Source: Lophium mytilinum (lineage: Eukaryota). Taken from it: a stretch of 64,000 bases of DNA. A model generated the notes under the pieces. It was not told where the DNA came from, searched no databases, and was given only the letters and a program-made list of their open reading frames with translations. Shown here one piece after another: positions 36,378-48,627 of the stretch. The stretch spans positions 310,001-374,000 of the forward strand of contig MU004197.1 in NCBI GenBank assembly GCA_010093605.1, read 5' to 3'. A program made the position numbers and the translations under genes. Within the stretch, counting starts at the first letter, position 1. Every line of letters starts with the position of its first letter.

Positions 36378-37462
36378 CTAAGGGTCTCGATCCAGAACCT
36401 GATCGCGGAGCGATCCGCACTGTCCACGTGGGAGGTGGAAGAGACCCGCTTTGGCTGCTTTCACAGCCCACTTCGCCCATTCAGTTTGCGAGTCGACGTA
36501 GTACACATCCAAACCACGATGCTCGATGTCGTTATCTCGATCTCGCATGAGATACCTCGCGTGGTCAGTAGCAATAACGACGAGGGGACGAACCACATAT
36601 CCAGCGTACTTCTCCGCCTTCGCTTGCTCAAGGAGGAAGATCCGCTCGATGCCGTCCAAGATGCAGTTTCGGTACGCAATCTCCGTCCGAGGAGCAATAG
36701 CATGAAGTCGGGTCGCCATATCTTCGTCGCAGTGTCTTGAGCACGCGACTTCAGTCTTGGCGAGGCCGTCCGCAGCTGTCTGGAAGTCCTCGTCCGGATA
36801 CTCCTCGTCGTCTGACTCGAAGTACGTGTCTTGAATCTCCACGCCGTCGAACCTCCCCTTCGGCGTGGACTCTGCGTCAGGCATGGTGATATCTGTCCTG
36901 TCTTGCAGATCAATCTGCGAGATACCCAAGGAGATGACCCCTTCGTCCTCTTCAGTTGCAAGCTCAACCGGTCGACCCTGGGCATCGACTAACTGGCTGC
37001 CCTCCTTCCACACTGAGACAACCCGATCGTCCTTTTCAAAAGGAACATCCTGCTACACACGGACATATTAGATTTTGAGTTATCCTGAAAGGGGGGACAT
37101 CGCCACTTACAGAGGACGGTTCTACTTTAATAGTGGTGGTGTTGTCGGCAATATCGAATTGGCTAGGTTTCTCGCGATACCCAGCCCACTTGTTTCGAGC
37201 GGTGGGGTGGACAGTCAGTGGCACTTGGCCAAGCATCTAATGGAGAAGATTAGTAAAACAGGTCTTTCGTCGTTTCTGACTAAAATGAAGCGCTTACGCC
37301 CAGTGTTTGAAAGTTCGGCAGAGCTGGCTGATGCGAAGGAGCCTTGTAAGTATTTGCTGTATGTTTTCCTCGCGTTCCATTGGGAGCGGCGGGTGCGGTC
37401 TTGAATTCTTGCTCCTTGCGCGCCTTGTGGTCTGCGTTGCGGAGGTTGTATGGGGCCGGCAT
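36378..37462 (-). CDS. Orphan family paralogue E (spliced)
   Basis: N-exon MPAPYNLRNADHKARKEQE; IQDTYFE; CSRHC..ATRL..IERIF..DIEHRGLD..WAKW..AAKAGLFH.P..QCGSLRDQV. Confidence 0.8.
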
Positions 37463-38712
37463 GTTATCTGAGTTGAGTGTAGATTATGTGGGAGAAACGG
37501 CTGGTCAGCAAGGTTTGCGGTTTACTAGTTGCGTAGTTTGTGGAGAGCCAGTTGTTGGTGTTGGTTGCGCTAGTAAGTATGTTATGAAGCTGATTGTAGG
37601 GATTAATGGGTTTATATAGGTAAAAGAAACAAGCGAAGGGCAGTGAACGGAGGGAGCGTGCCTGGACTAGTGGGCTCTAGTGTTGTAGCATCTTGAAGTG
37701 TAAAATTCACATCTAAATTGATTTAGTTTTTTGGGACTTCGTCGGGGATTACTGACGAGAGCCTCGCAAAACGGAGCGTGTCCCCGCTGTGAGTTCTCTA
37801 CGAAATCGCACGCTTGGAGGTGGAGAGGATTGGAGCTTTACTCCTACCGGAGAAAGACGAGTGGATTGCAGTTTAGATTTGGCCCTAGAGAGGTATCTTG
37901 AGCAAGCAGGACTGCGAGCCATATGCGTGGTGCTTGATAGTATAGATTAGCGGGTTCCCAATCCTTACTCCTATGGTTCATCGATGGGATTAGGTCTTAG
38001 AATTGCAGTATAACTTGCATTGGGCCGCAAATACGATCAGATGAGGCAATCCTAGAGTCAGGCAACCCAACAGATTGGTAAGTGCCCGGAATACACCCAG
38101 GGGAGACGGTTATATGCATGATTGGTCGACCGGATCTCGACAACAAAGCGTTTGTTCTATATATAACGCGAGTTAGCATACGCGATCTTCCAGCTGGAAC
38201 GTCGGAAGTTCACCGTCAAGTCTGCCGCCGTACGTAGCCCACTCGGTCAGCCTGATGCGACTTGCTTCTTTGTTTATGTCGTTATTCAGTTCACTGTCTG
38301 GTTTTGCCGTCGTTGCTATAGTAAATAGACTGAAATCTCGGCATAACCGTCAGCACATCTATTATGCCCAAAGAATAGATATATAAGAGTGGACTTACAA
38401 GTTCCCCGTTCTCAGGTCGCCACTCCGCAACCTCCACAACTGCAACACCACCGCGCCAGACCTTCCACACCACATCGACTGAATCTCTGTATAGTATTAT
38501 TATATTACATATCCAATACAAAATGTCTCTCGGCAGGCATGAAAGAGAGATGATGAGGAGGTTCAAGATCCTCCAGCAGCAAGGCCTTGTGCCATCCCCT
38601 CCCCTATTCAGCAAAGAGGTAAGCCAAAATTATCGGAGCAGTGAAGCATATCATTACTAAATGAATACGGCAGGATGATCCCATAGAGGCTGCAGAATCG
38701 CAGCAAGATCCG

Positions 38713-39592
38713 ATGCAGATCCCAGCATGGCGGTCGCGAAAGCCGCTGGCCGATCCCGCCGTCAGTCCACCCGGTCGATCTCTTCGCGAGATTCAGGAAG
38801 CGTTGCGGGCCAACGATAACGAAGAACACGAGCACCCACGGAGGGTAGAGTCACCAATCGACTTCGGCCTGGGAGAGGTAAGTCAATATGGGTGGTATGA
38901 ATCGGAGTTCGAATACTTACATCGTCTAGTCCGACAAAGCAAGTCTTTTGGAGCATGCCCCCTCGCCAACCCGCCCTAGTTTCCGGGCATCTCATACCTT
39001 CGATTCTCCACCGAGCTCAGGCTATGTGCCGAGTACAGCTACAAATCGTATCCCCTCATTCCCAGATACGGATTGGAACCAAGCCCCACTGGCTTTATAC
39101 TTCGAGACGATGAGCCACCTGGTTGATCGTCACCTCATATACTCCGAGATCCGTACCGGCTTGCACTCGAAGCCTGCGGTAGATGGACGATCACCGACCA
39201 CGTGCAGTGTACCCAAAGACGTAACCGAGGCGCACCTTGCTGGTGAAGGGCAGGCTATCGCGCACCGGTCGTCCGCCCAGATCGCCGGCTCTATCGTTCA
39301 AAGGATCGAGAGGATGATTTGTATGGATAGGCAACGGGTTGCGCAGGATTCCGCGTGGGTACATCCAAAGCCTCAGCCCAAGCCACTAAGAGAGATTGTG
39401 GCTGATATGTTCCACTACCTAGAGCAGGCCAAGGAAAAGCGCGTCGCAGCCGGAGAGAGCCCATGGTACGTGGTTCACGAGTTGACCTGGGCCGAATGGA
39501 TTCGCGAGGCGGTCTATACTGGAGTGTGGCATCTCGCGGGAGAGCGGGAGGAGTGCGAGTGTCTCGGTGTGGCCGTGTATGAGGCCGACTGA
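38713..39592 (+). CDS. Orphan family paralogue F (one intron, ~38878-38929)
   Basis: MQIPAWRSRK; splice joins the two ORFs in frame; IERMI..WAEWIREAVYTGVWH......CEC. Confidence 0.75.
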
Positions 39593-40090
39593 CTTGAAAT
39601 TTGGTTGACATAAAATCTGTAGATAGGCTCTGAAAGAAACCTAGATTTGTCTTGGCGTTATAGAGATGGTGCGCTTCGCTCCGGTTTAGAGTCCTGGTAA
39701 CGTGTCAGTCTCGGGTCTTATCTATAAAGTCATACACATGTCGGATAAATTGCGCTTCCACATCCTTGAGTGTTCTCCAGGAACTCCGTATTTCTCGCTG
39801 CTAGATCTGCTGTGTCAAATGTCGAGCTCGAGTGTTTTCATTTTCCACTCGTTGGTTTGAGAGGATGGATAACACATGTCAAAAGATATGAACACTTTCC
39901 GCGTACTACTGTCAGTTTTGCTGCTACCGCGGCCACTGACATCAGCAGTAACTCAAGATACTTAGTAATATTTTAGCCAATATTTCCGCATGCCATGTTC
40001 CTCCTCTGATTTTTCATTCCCTTCACGAGAGATCCCTTCGACCCCAGGTATGGTTACCAAGCTAGCGTCCGAACCTGAACCGGTTTCTCC

Positions 40091-42029
40091 TCACTTTCTT
40101 TTAAACTCTGCCAACTTTTCTTCAACGGCCTTCCTGATATCCATCCCAACACTGCCACCCCTCTTCCGCCTCTCTTCAATCTCTTTCCTGACCTCCGCAA
40201 CAATCTCGTCCATCTCCGCCTCTGGATCATCTGGCAGTCCGAGAGTGGGTGCGCGTTGGATTCTCTCCTTTGCTTGCTCGATCTTGACGACTTCCTCGAT
40301 CTTGCCCTTGTTGCGTTTCTTGAGCTGGGCTTGGAGCTGTGGCTTGATAGGAGAATTGAGGGCACCAAAGCACACAGCGACGCCAATGAGGCAGTAAAAG
40401 TAGACACGGGACCAGACGGTGATGGAGCCTGTGAATGAAAGGAAGACAAAAGGTGCGACGGTGAAGGAGAAGGCGAGCTGGGTAATGAGTATCGTGACAA
40501 GGTCATAGTAACGCTTCTTGGGGGTCTCGGAGCCACCGTCGGCGGTAAGGAAGAATGGACGAAGCAGGCGACGGCCATCTGTGGCATGTTAGTCAGTTGC
40601 ACTGAAAGAAGTCGTGGTAGGGTTGAGATGTATACTCTTAGCAATCGTTTGTAGAAGAGATGCGAGGATGAAGGCCATGTAGTATCCTGGGTAAAAGCCG
40701 TGCCAGAATGCGCTGGTAAAGAAGGTGGCCAGAGTTGCCCGGAAGCCTGGCTTCTTGCCCTTTGGTGTTACCCTCAAATATACGTAGTTGCGGAGCCAAT
40801 TGTTGGTATTGATATTCCAGTTTCCAAGGTAAGCTCTCGTATTCTGTGCGGTTTCAATATCCCAGGGTCGGACATTCTGTAAGCGATGCCATGAGGCGCG
40901 CCCCGTCTTGGCGTCAATACCGTTGTAACCAATCCCAGAAAGGATACATGCACCTTCCGTTAACGACCAGACGCCATAGTACTTCATGCGAGTAGTCAGG
41001 CCAAGCATGTGAAGATTCCAAACTCGGCGAATGATCCCGTACTTGAGGAAATCGTCAGAGAGAAGGGCACTGGTGTTATACCAGGCGGAGAACTTGAGAA
41101 ACGCGAGAATCCAGAGGATGCCATAGCCAAAGTTCCAAGCTGCTGGAGTACCGCTGCGGGGAATCTTGCGCTTCTTGCGGGTCGGAGGGGCCTTGGAAGG
41201 ATCTACGCCGGGAGGAAGCTGGAACATACTGGTGCTGATGTATTGACGATAGTCACAGTAGTCGAACGCTGGACCAGCCATCAATCCAGGAAAGAAAAAC
41301 TACATGCCCCATGAGTAATTATGTCGAGAGTGCTGATACAAAAACTTACGACATATCCGGCGTAATCAAGCAGGTCGGGAATTTCTTTGATGGCATGCTC
41401 TTTCTGAAATTCAGAGAGCTCGGTTTCGGGAAGCTTTCCATCATACACATTCCAGCAGAATGCCGTGAGCTTCATGATCAAAACCATTTGGGCACCAGTG
41501 ATATCGATAGACCCAGGGTCATTGATGGTCATCCGGTGGATGTGGTTCACGGACATATGGCCCATGTTGTAGGCGAATCCGATCCACGGCATGTAAGGGG
41601 AATCGACGAACATGGCTATAGCATAAGTTACCCCCGATGCCCATATTAGCGTCCGTAGGCCATCCCAGAGGTCGAATAATCCAATGAGATAAAATAGGGA
41701 CACTCTGCACTGAGTTAGTGTGGTTTCGGAGATAGACATGAAGTGTCACGAACCCCACTATGAACACATTCTTCCGCCAAGGTAAATTATCGGGGATTCG
41801 TTTTAAGATGGCAGCAAGAGGATATGAGAGGAGGAAGGAAAAGATGAGTTTGACTGTTGACAGAAATTAGGTCCAGTACTCGCATAATACTATTGCCAAT
41901 CTTACGCTCATCCACGGAAGCTCCTAGGGCGTTTCCCGCATACTCAAAAGCTACCAGCGGGCAAGTTAGATGGCTTTCTACAAGTCTAGATCCCCAGATA
42001 GACTCACGGGCGTTGATATAGGGAAGCAT
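40091..42029 (-). CDS. ALE1: MBOAT lysophospholipid acyltransferase (multi-exon)
   Basis: MLPYIN..; DITGAQMVLIMKLTAFCWNVYDG; AGPAFDY; WNINTNNWLRNYVYLR; SAFWHGFYPGYY. Confidence 0.93.
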
Positions 42030-42370
42030 GATGAATGTTGAAGGTGCAGGGAAGCGATGTAAGATGCCGAGGGACAGTTTGTGCGAAAAGAAAAGGTGAC
42101 GTATTCAAGCTCGGTTCGTCTTCAAGGAGAGCACAGCATTTTCGAGCTTCGAGGTGGGGACATTGATAGAGATGGATAGTATCCAGCTTCTTAAATGAGT
42201 GAGGTTCTTCACAGGTCGGGAGATTCTGCCCGCTGCTTCCTTGACCTGGTGACGTCGCTTTAGACCCTGTGCAGCTACCAAGTCCAAAATCGCTGATCGC
42301 CGAAAGCGCGCCAAGGCGACACCCAAAAGCTCAACACCACGCCAAAACATCACAATCTCGCTCGCCCGCT

Positions 42371-43885
42371 ATGAGCTCCGTCTACAACCTCGAGCCCCAG
42401 CCGACCGCCAAGGTCCTGCTTCAAACGACCTCAGGCGACATCGAACTCGAGCTCTTCGCGAAGCAGACCCCGATTACCTCCCGAAACTTCATACAGCTCT
42501 GTCTCGATGGCTATTACGATGGCACGATATTCCACCGCCTGGTCCCAGGCTTCATCATTCAGGGTGGCGATCCGACAGGAACGGGATCTGGAGGGGAGAG
42601 CAGCTACGATGGCGAGCCGTTCGTGGACGAATATCACAGCCGGCTGAAGTACAACAGGCGAGGTCTGCTGGGGATGGCAAACTCTGGGAAGAAGGACGAT
42701 AATGCTAGCCAATTCTTTCTCACGCTGGGGAACACGCCTGAGCTCACTGGCAAAAACACTTTCTTTGGGCGCGTGGCTGGAGACACGATCTACAATTTGA
42801 TGAAGATGGGAGAGGCGGACCTGGCAGAGGAGGGAGGGGACAGGCCGCTGTATCCCACAAGAATCACAGGCACAGAGATACTGGTCAATCCCTTTGAGGG
42901 CATGGAGAAGAGGATCAAGACAGCAAAATCTACCGCAGAGGAGGTCAAGCCAAAGAAGAAGCCAAAGCGGAAGGCTGGAAAAGCCCTTCTTAGTTTTGGC
43001 GGAGAGGAAGGCGAGGACGACGCTCCAGCTCCGATAGTCAAGAAGGCGAAGTTCAACCCCAATCTTGTTGACACCGGCGAAGCAAACAAGCCCGCGAAGA
43101 AACCAGCCTCTACACCAGCCGCTGCAGAACCGACAAAAGAAATTCCCATACGACCAACACGCGCTTCTCCATCTCCTGTTTCAGTTTCAGCTCCAGCACC
43201 GGCATCAAAACCGAAATCCCCTCCTCGAACAGCGAAACCACGATCCCCATCTCGATCTCCCTCCCCAGAATCACGCCAGGCCGCCCTCCTCGCCCGAACA
43301 AACGCCCAAATCGCCGAGCTCAAAGCTTCTATGAAACGCACGACTACTACAGCAGCTGCGGCTCCCAAGAAGAAGTCTGTGCTCGAAGCACTAATACCTG
43401 AGACCTCGGTACGGGCGCGCAAGAGGCGACCAGGAGCCACAAACGCGGACACGGACAAGGACACATTGGCACTGCTAGATGCTTTCAAAGCGAAGCTAGA
43501 ATCTGCGCCTGTAATGGAGAAGCCTGCACGCCATGTGCCGGCCGCGGCGAACGGGAACGCAGATGGAGAGCCAAATGGAGCTGCCAATGGCGGCCATGCT
43601 CCGCTAAATGGCAATTCCGCGTCTGCGCCCGATGAGGATGATGAAAAGACGTGCGATCTACACTTCATTGTGGGCTGTCAGTCATGCACAGCGTGGGATG
43701 CGCAACAGGAGGAGGAATCGGAGGACGATGACGGGTGGATGAGCCACGCATTGAGCTTTGCGAAAGACAGGCTTGGGAAGGATCTCGAATGGAAGCGGAA
43801 GAATGAAGAGGAGCTCGTGGTCATCGACCCGAGGGAGAAAGCGAAAGAGATCAAACAGGGGAGGAAAGGTAAGGAGAAGAAATAA
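42371..43885 (+). CDS. CWC27: Cyclophilin-type spliceosomal PPIase Cwc27, single exon
   Basis: MSSVYNLEPQPTAKV..FHRLVPGFIIQGGDPTGTG.GG..DEYHSRLKY; C-terminal WMSHALSF...LVVIDPR. Confidence 0.93.
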   Translation: MSSVYNLEPQPTAKVLLQTTSGDIELELFAKQTPITSRNFIQLCLDGYYDGTIFHRLVPGFIIQGGDPTGTGSGGESSYDGEPFVDEYHSRLKYNRRGLLGMANSGKKDDNASQFFLTLGNTPELTGKNTFFGRVAGDTIYNLMKMGEADLAEEGGDRPLYPTRITGTEILVNPFEGMEKRIKTAKSTAEEVKPKKKPKRKAGKALLSFGGEEGEDDAPAPIVKKAKFNPNLVDTGEANKPAKKPASTPAAAEPTKEIPIRPTRASPSPVSVSAPAPASKPKSPPRTAKPRSPSRSPSPESRQAALLARTNAQIAELKASMKRTTTTAAAAPKKKSVLEALIPETSVRARKRRPGATNADTDKDTLALLDAFKAKLESAPVMEKPARHVPAAANGNADGEPNGAANGGHAPLNGNSASAPDEDDEKTCDLHFIVGCQSCTAWDAQQEEESEDDDGWMSHALSFAKDRLGKDLEWKRKNEEELVVIDPREKAKEIKQGRKGKEKK

Positions 43886-45356
43886 AGCGAATCGAAAATT
43901 CGTTATCTATCTATCCTTCATATAGTAGGATTCTCGTATTACTTCAAACAGCCTTCAAACGTGCTGGGCCGAAACAGATAGCGTTTCTCTACCATCAAAC
44001 CGAATGATGTCCAGGACCCCAAAAATACCTTGGAAAAGCACGTGCAATTACAGACAACTGTATGAACGTCGCAAGACGGCTTGGGAACACAAGAGCGATT
44101 GCCAAGTACGCAGCTGCACGGTCACAAGTGCCACGTGAGTAAGGCTAAGCCTATCTTTCCCCGGGGATACAATACCTCGGCCAAAGAACCAGCAACCTGC
44201 TCACAGAGATAGAGCGCACCGAACCTCGTGGATTGGAATTAGAAGGTAGACCGTGGCCTATGTCCTGGAAGGAAGTAATTAATAAAAGATCTTGCACCAC
44301 GACCATTTCATGAGCTTGTGGTGGGTATCGAAAGCGGATCCACTATGTTCGCCCGCATAAAACGTGGTCCCGGACACTTCATGCTTCTCGCCGAACACTG
44401 GTGGTTTGTTCTGCTGATGCTCGTCGCTGTCGCATATACATACTCCTCGCTATCCTTCTTCGCCATCCAGCAGCATACTTCAGCGAGCGGTGATCAACAC
44501 CGTCATATTTCCGCCCTCCACGCCCTCCACGCCCTCCGCCGCATTCTTCGTCTTCCTCTCCGTAATGTAAACCGCATCAGCTCACTTGCTCACTCCAAAC
44601 ATGAGCTTGTGCGGAGGCTGATATCGAACATGGGGCGGAGTGGCAGGATGTTCTTCCAGACAGTCGTTCTGCTCTACCCCAACCAGCATATCCCTTTCCA
44701 AAAAATGAGAGGTAGAGTGCGGGAGAGGAGTCTTTATACCCGGGCTCTGAGTCCATTGGGTGACTGTCACGTGATTCCTGCCTGAGAATGTGAAAAGTCA
44801 ACAAGGAATGCGTCGTCTGCCGACTCCTTAGTCCTTCCAAGAGAAGCTGACGATCACACGAACCAGCCCCGAGCTAAAGTGTTATTAGAAGGAGCTTGAC
44901 CCCTATTGAAACAGCACCCCGTCTCCTCACTTTATTCGGCAGGAGCCTGGAGTGCGAAGCCATTGTATCACCGAATAAGGGAGATCTCTAAAGGATGTGG
45001 AAAGTGGAGTAAATTACTAGCGCGCACTATCCCTAGTAGTCTTTAGTTCTCCGGCGACTTCAGCCGAGGATCTTCGAAAGCGGGGAGATCGGTGATCTTA
45101 TCGAAGGAGTACAAATGCTGACTGCCGCTGCAGTGATAATGCTTAGTTGTAAATATCTCTGACATAGGAGCGGACCTAACGATACAGTGGCGCCTTGAAG
45201 ACCGTTGACGAACCGGTCGAATACAACTTCATACGGTCGTATAAGCGCAGACTCGTGGGGAATTCGACACGTAGTGAAACGCAGAGACTTTCTTATGAGC
45301 CATGGCATGTATCAGTCAAATGACACTGTTCAAAACTCAAACTTTCTGCATTTGCA

Positions 45357-47717
45357 CTAACTTTGTATTCTTGAAAGATAGCGCAGGTTCAAGTACCTAC
45401 CTAGCTCAAGATCATCCACTTGCCACTTTTTCAGCCACAGGAGCGAGATCTGTGTGTCGAGATGTTGAGGGCCAAGATGCTTTTCCCTTAGCTCGAGGCA
45501 TTTCTTCATCAGTGAGACAGCATCTTTGTCTCGGCTCTGCGACTTCCACGTACACGCCAGGTTGTTCATGCTAATTAGCGTCTCTCTATGCTCCGCCCCA
45601 AGTACTCTTGTCCTTATTTCCAATACCTTCTCCTCTAGCTCTTCGGCCTCCTGCAACCTCCCTTGTTTGCTGTACGTTGACCCCAAATTACCCATGCTAA
45701 TTAGCGTCTCTGGATGCTCCGCCCCAAGTACTCTTGTCTTTGATTCCAACACTTTCTCCTCTAGCTCTTCGGCCTCCTGTAACCTCCCTTGTCTATAATA
45801 CGTTAACCCCAAATTACCTATGCCAGTTAGCGTCTCTCGATGCTCCAGGCCAAGTACTCTTGTCCTTATTTCTAATGCTTTCTTGTCTAGCTCTTCGGCT
45901 TTCTGCAACCTCCCTTGCTCTTTATAGGTTAACGCCAGATTAGTCATGCTTATTAGCGTCTCTGGATGCTCAGGCCCAAGTACTCTTAAGCGCATTTCCA
46001 ATACTTTCGAGTCCAGCTCTTCGGCCTCCTGTAACCTCCCTTGTTTCTGAAGTACTGTCGCCAGCTGACTCATGCTAACCAGCGTGTCACGATGCTCGTC
46101 TCCCAGTATAGCCTTTCTAGACTTTAAAGTTCGGCGGTGCAACTTCTCAGCCCGAGCGTACATTCCTTGCTTGGACAGAACTTCGGCCAGGAGACTGAAG
46201 GCACTAAGTGTGCCGCCTCCATCGTCCCCATCTTGAACTCGGCGACCTTCGATCAATCTGAGAATTACGTCCTCGGCAGACTTATATCTTCCTTGTTGTA
46301 ATAGTACATTGCCTAATTTGAATAGGATTCCTAATGTCATCGAGTCCCTTGCCCCATACATGGTCTCGGCCAAGGATAGTTCTTCTCGCAGTTGCTCTTC
46401 CTCCATTTGTTGGTATCGCTCTTGTACAGCTTCTCGCGGTTGCGAATTCCCATGGAGCTGAGGATCCGCCGACGTGAGTTGGCCTTGGGATACGGGTAAA
46501 GGCGTGGAACCAGGGCGGAAGCCTGGAAGAGATCGATAGGCGATAGCCGGACTTTGGCCAGCGAAAGTGCTGTCTTGCGGCTGAACTATGCTTGAGATTG
46601 AGAGGGTGGGGGATAGGATCGGAGGAGTATGTGCGACAGGCGTACTACCGGCCGGTGAAAAGTATGGAATTACTGCCGAGTACGCAGGGCTTGCAAGCGG
46701 AGAAGCCCGTTCGGAAATAGTTCGATGGCTGGCGGCCGGACTTTGCCCAGCGAAAATGATACCCTGAGGCCGAACCATTCTCGAGGTTGAAACGGTAGGA
46801 GAAGGAAATGGAGGATGTCGTGCGACAGGCGTACTGTTGGGTGGTGATAAGTATGGAGTTCCTGCTGAGTACGCAGGGCTTGCAGACGGAGAACCGCGTT
46901 CGGAGACTGTTCGACAACCCACATCGGATGGTGTAGCTTCGGCATGTCAGTATCATATGTAAATAACACAGATTGACCATCGACTTACGCGCAGCGGGGC
47001 TAAAGACGTACGGGGAGCTTTCGGAAATATCATGCCTTTTCATCCATCTATCGATTTTGTGCGGCTCCACTTCGCTGCCTCTTACTTCAAAGATAAGCTC
47101 GCGTTTTTCGGTTTCGATGAACTTCCTTTTCTGTCGCTTTCTCACTATGGCTTCCATCTCCTTTGTCTTCACGTTCTTGTCCTTCTTCCACTGACTTATT
47201 CGTGTTCTGTATTGTCGCAGCCTTCCAGATGTAAGCTTAGTGCACGAATATACCAGAGATCCCATACCCTCAACCTGGAAGGAAGAACTTACTCAGCGTT
47301 AAATCCAAACTCGTACTCAATCCTCTTCTTCACTTCCGGGAGCGGCAGTTTCAGCGTAATATGGAGCTCTAGAACTCGCGCTTTGTATGGCTCCCAATCA
47401 TCAGCACGCAACGTCGGCGCTTTTCTCTTTCGGGGGTTGGCTGGCGGAGCCATGGACGTTCTGGGCATGGCTGGTGTATTGTCAACCAAGTCAGCGCTTT
47501 GAGAAGCATGGATGGGAAACGCTGTAGAGGGATGAATCAACTGGGGCACGCTTCTTTGACCAGTCGTTGCGTATCCAGTTGTCGGTAGCATCTGTGAGGC
47601 CATGTTATGGGGCACTATGAGACTCCCGTAGCGCCCATATGTTTGCTGTGAGACTAGGGGACCTGGTATGGGATCGAGCCCGCCTAAAATCGGCGGATTG
47701 GGTGTCCAGGGATTCAT
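45357..47717 (-). CDS. Clr5-domain protein with C-terminal kinesin-light-chain-type TPR repeats (at least 2 introns)
   Basis: DWEPYKARVLELH...FGFNAE|LRQYRTRISQWKKDKN (Clr5-like); 42-aa repeats LG.EHPETLISM.NL..TY..QGRLQEAEEL. Confidence 0.85.
45480..46330 (-). repeat. 126-bp TPR-encoding tandem repeats
   Basis: ttagcgtctct and aacctcccttg recur at 126-bp intervals (~45575, 45701, 45827, 45953). Confidence 0.9.
46535..46915 (-). repeat. 189-bp (63-aa) intragenic tandem duplication
   Basis: TVSERGSPSASPAYSA...FAGQSPA and TISERASPLASPAYSA...FAGQSPA. Confidence 0.9.
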
Positions 47718-48489
47718 GTTGACGTTTCTTCGGGACCTCCGCGTGGTGGTAGCCTGACTACGCTGTCCTTGGTTGAAAACTCGCGCTCAATAATATTTTC
47801 TGAGAGGATCAGGTAAATTTTAAAGGGAGTGATGTTGGCGAGTGGCCCATTATATACCACAGCCTGGCCGCGATATCCAGTGGGTGCACACAGACTGCAA
47901 ACCAGGCTGAAGCGCGCGGCGGTCGTAGACGAGGGCTGATTGGAAGAACAAAACTCCTATGCATCGTCACTGCGGCTGAGCATGCATGTGGCGGCATGGA
48001 TCATGGCGGCCAGCCCAGTGCAGGGGCGCGTGCAGCTAGACGCACATCCCGTGTTTTGCAAAAGTCCTATTCTCTCTCACGCGCTAGATTCGCCGCACAG
48101 TCTTCATTCTTTTCTTGATTGGTCGATATGGCCCGTGCATTTGCTGCACTGCTAACGGTGCACCACGCCGCAATCATAGAAGCCTCATTCAAAAGTACTA
48201 TCTTGCTCCTCATGGTGGTTCGTGTTGCACTTTTGGTACCTAGTGCCGGTGAGCCCCGAGTGCGCCACATAGCTTCTGGTCGGCATTCTGTCAACGTTCA
48301 ATGTGACATTTCCTCGCAAAAGTACTAAACTGGATGAATATAAGCTATCGTGTATACTCGTCTTCTTCTCACCAAGTGCGCCGGTTTCTTCGAAGTCCAG
48401 TCTATTCATTCCCTTCGCCCCTGAACATTACGCGTCTCATTGCTCCCCAAAACCATTCATACATCGAATTAGCTTCCACTTTTCGCACT

Positions 48490-48627
48490 ATGGCTCCACA
48501 TCTTCTGCCTGCGCAGGTCATCGTTCCTATCGTCTTTGGCCTTCTCCAGTTAATTATCGGACTTGTGTCGCTCTGGCAACAGCGCTACTTCCGCCCATCG
48601 GATCGTACGTTTTGCTGCACCCTGTGA
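48490..48627 (+). CDS. Possible single-pass membrane micro-protein (~45 aa)
   Basis: MAPHLLPAQVIVPIVFGLLQLIIGLVSLWQQRY: one hydrophobic helix followed by a polar/basic tail. Confidence 0.35.
   Translation: MAPHLLPAQVIVPIVFGLLQLIIGLVSLWQQRYFRPSDRTFCCTL

Noticed and set aside
42790..43668. 292-aa antisense ORF over CWC27 (and similar antisense ORFs over HSP60 and WAPL)
   Set aside because: Antisense shadows caused by codon bias of the real genes
44318..44840. ORFs on both strands between CWC27 and the Clr5-TPR gene
   Set aside because: No consistent frame or motifs; cannot be supported as a gene
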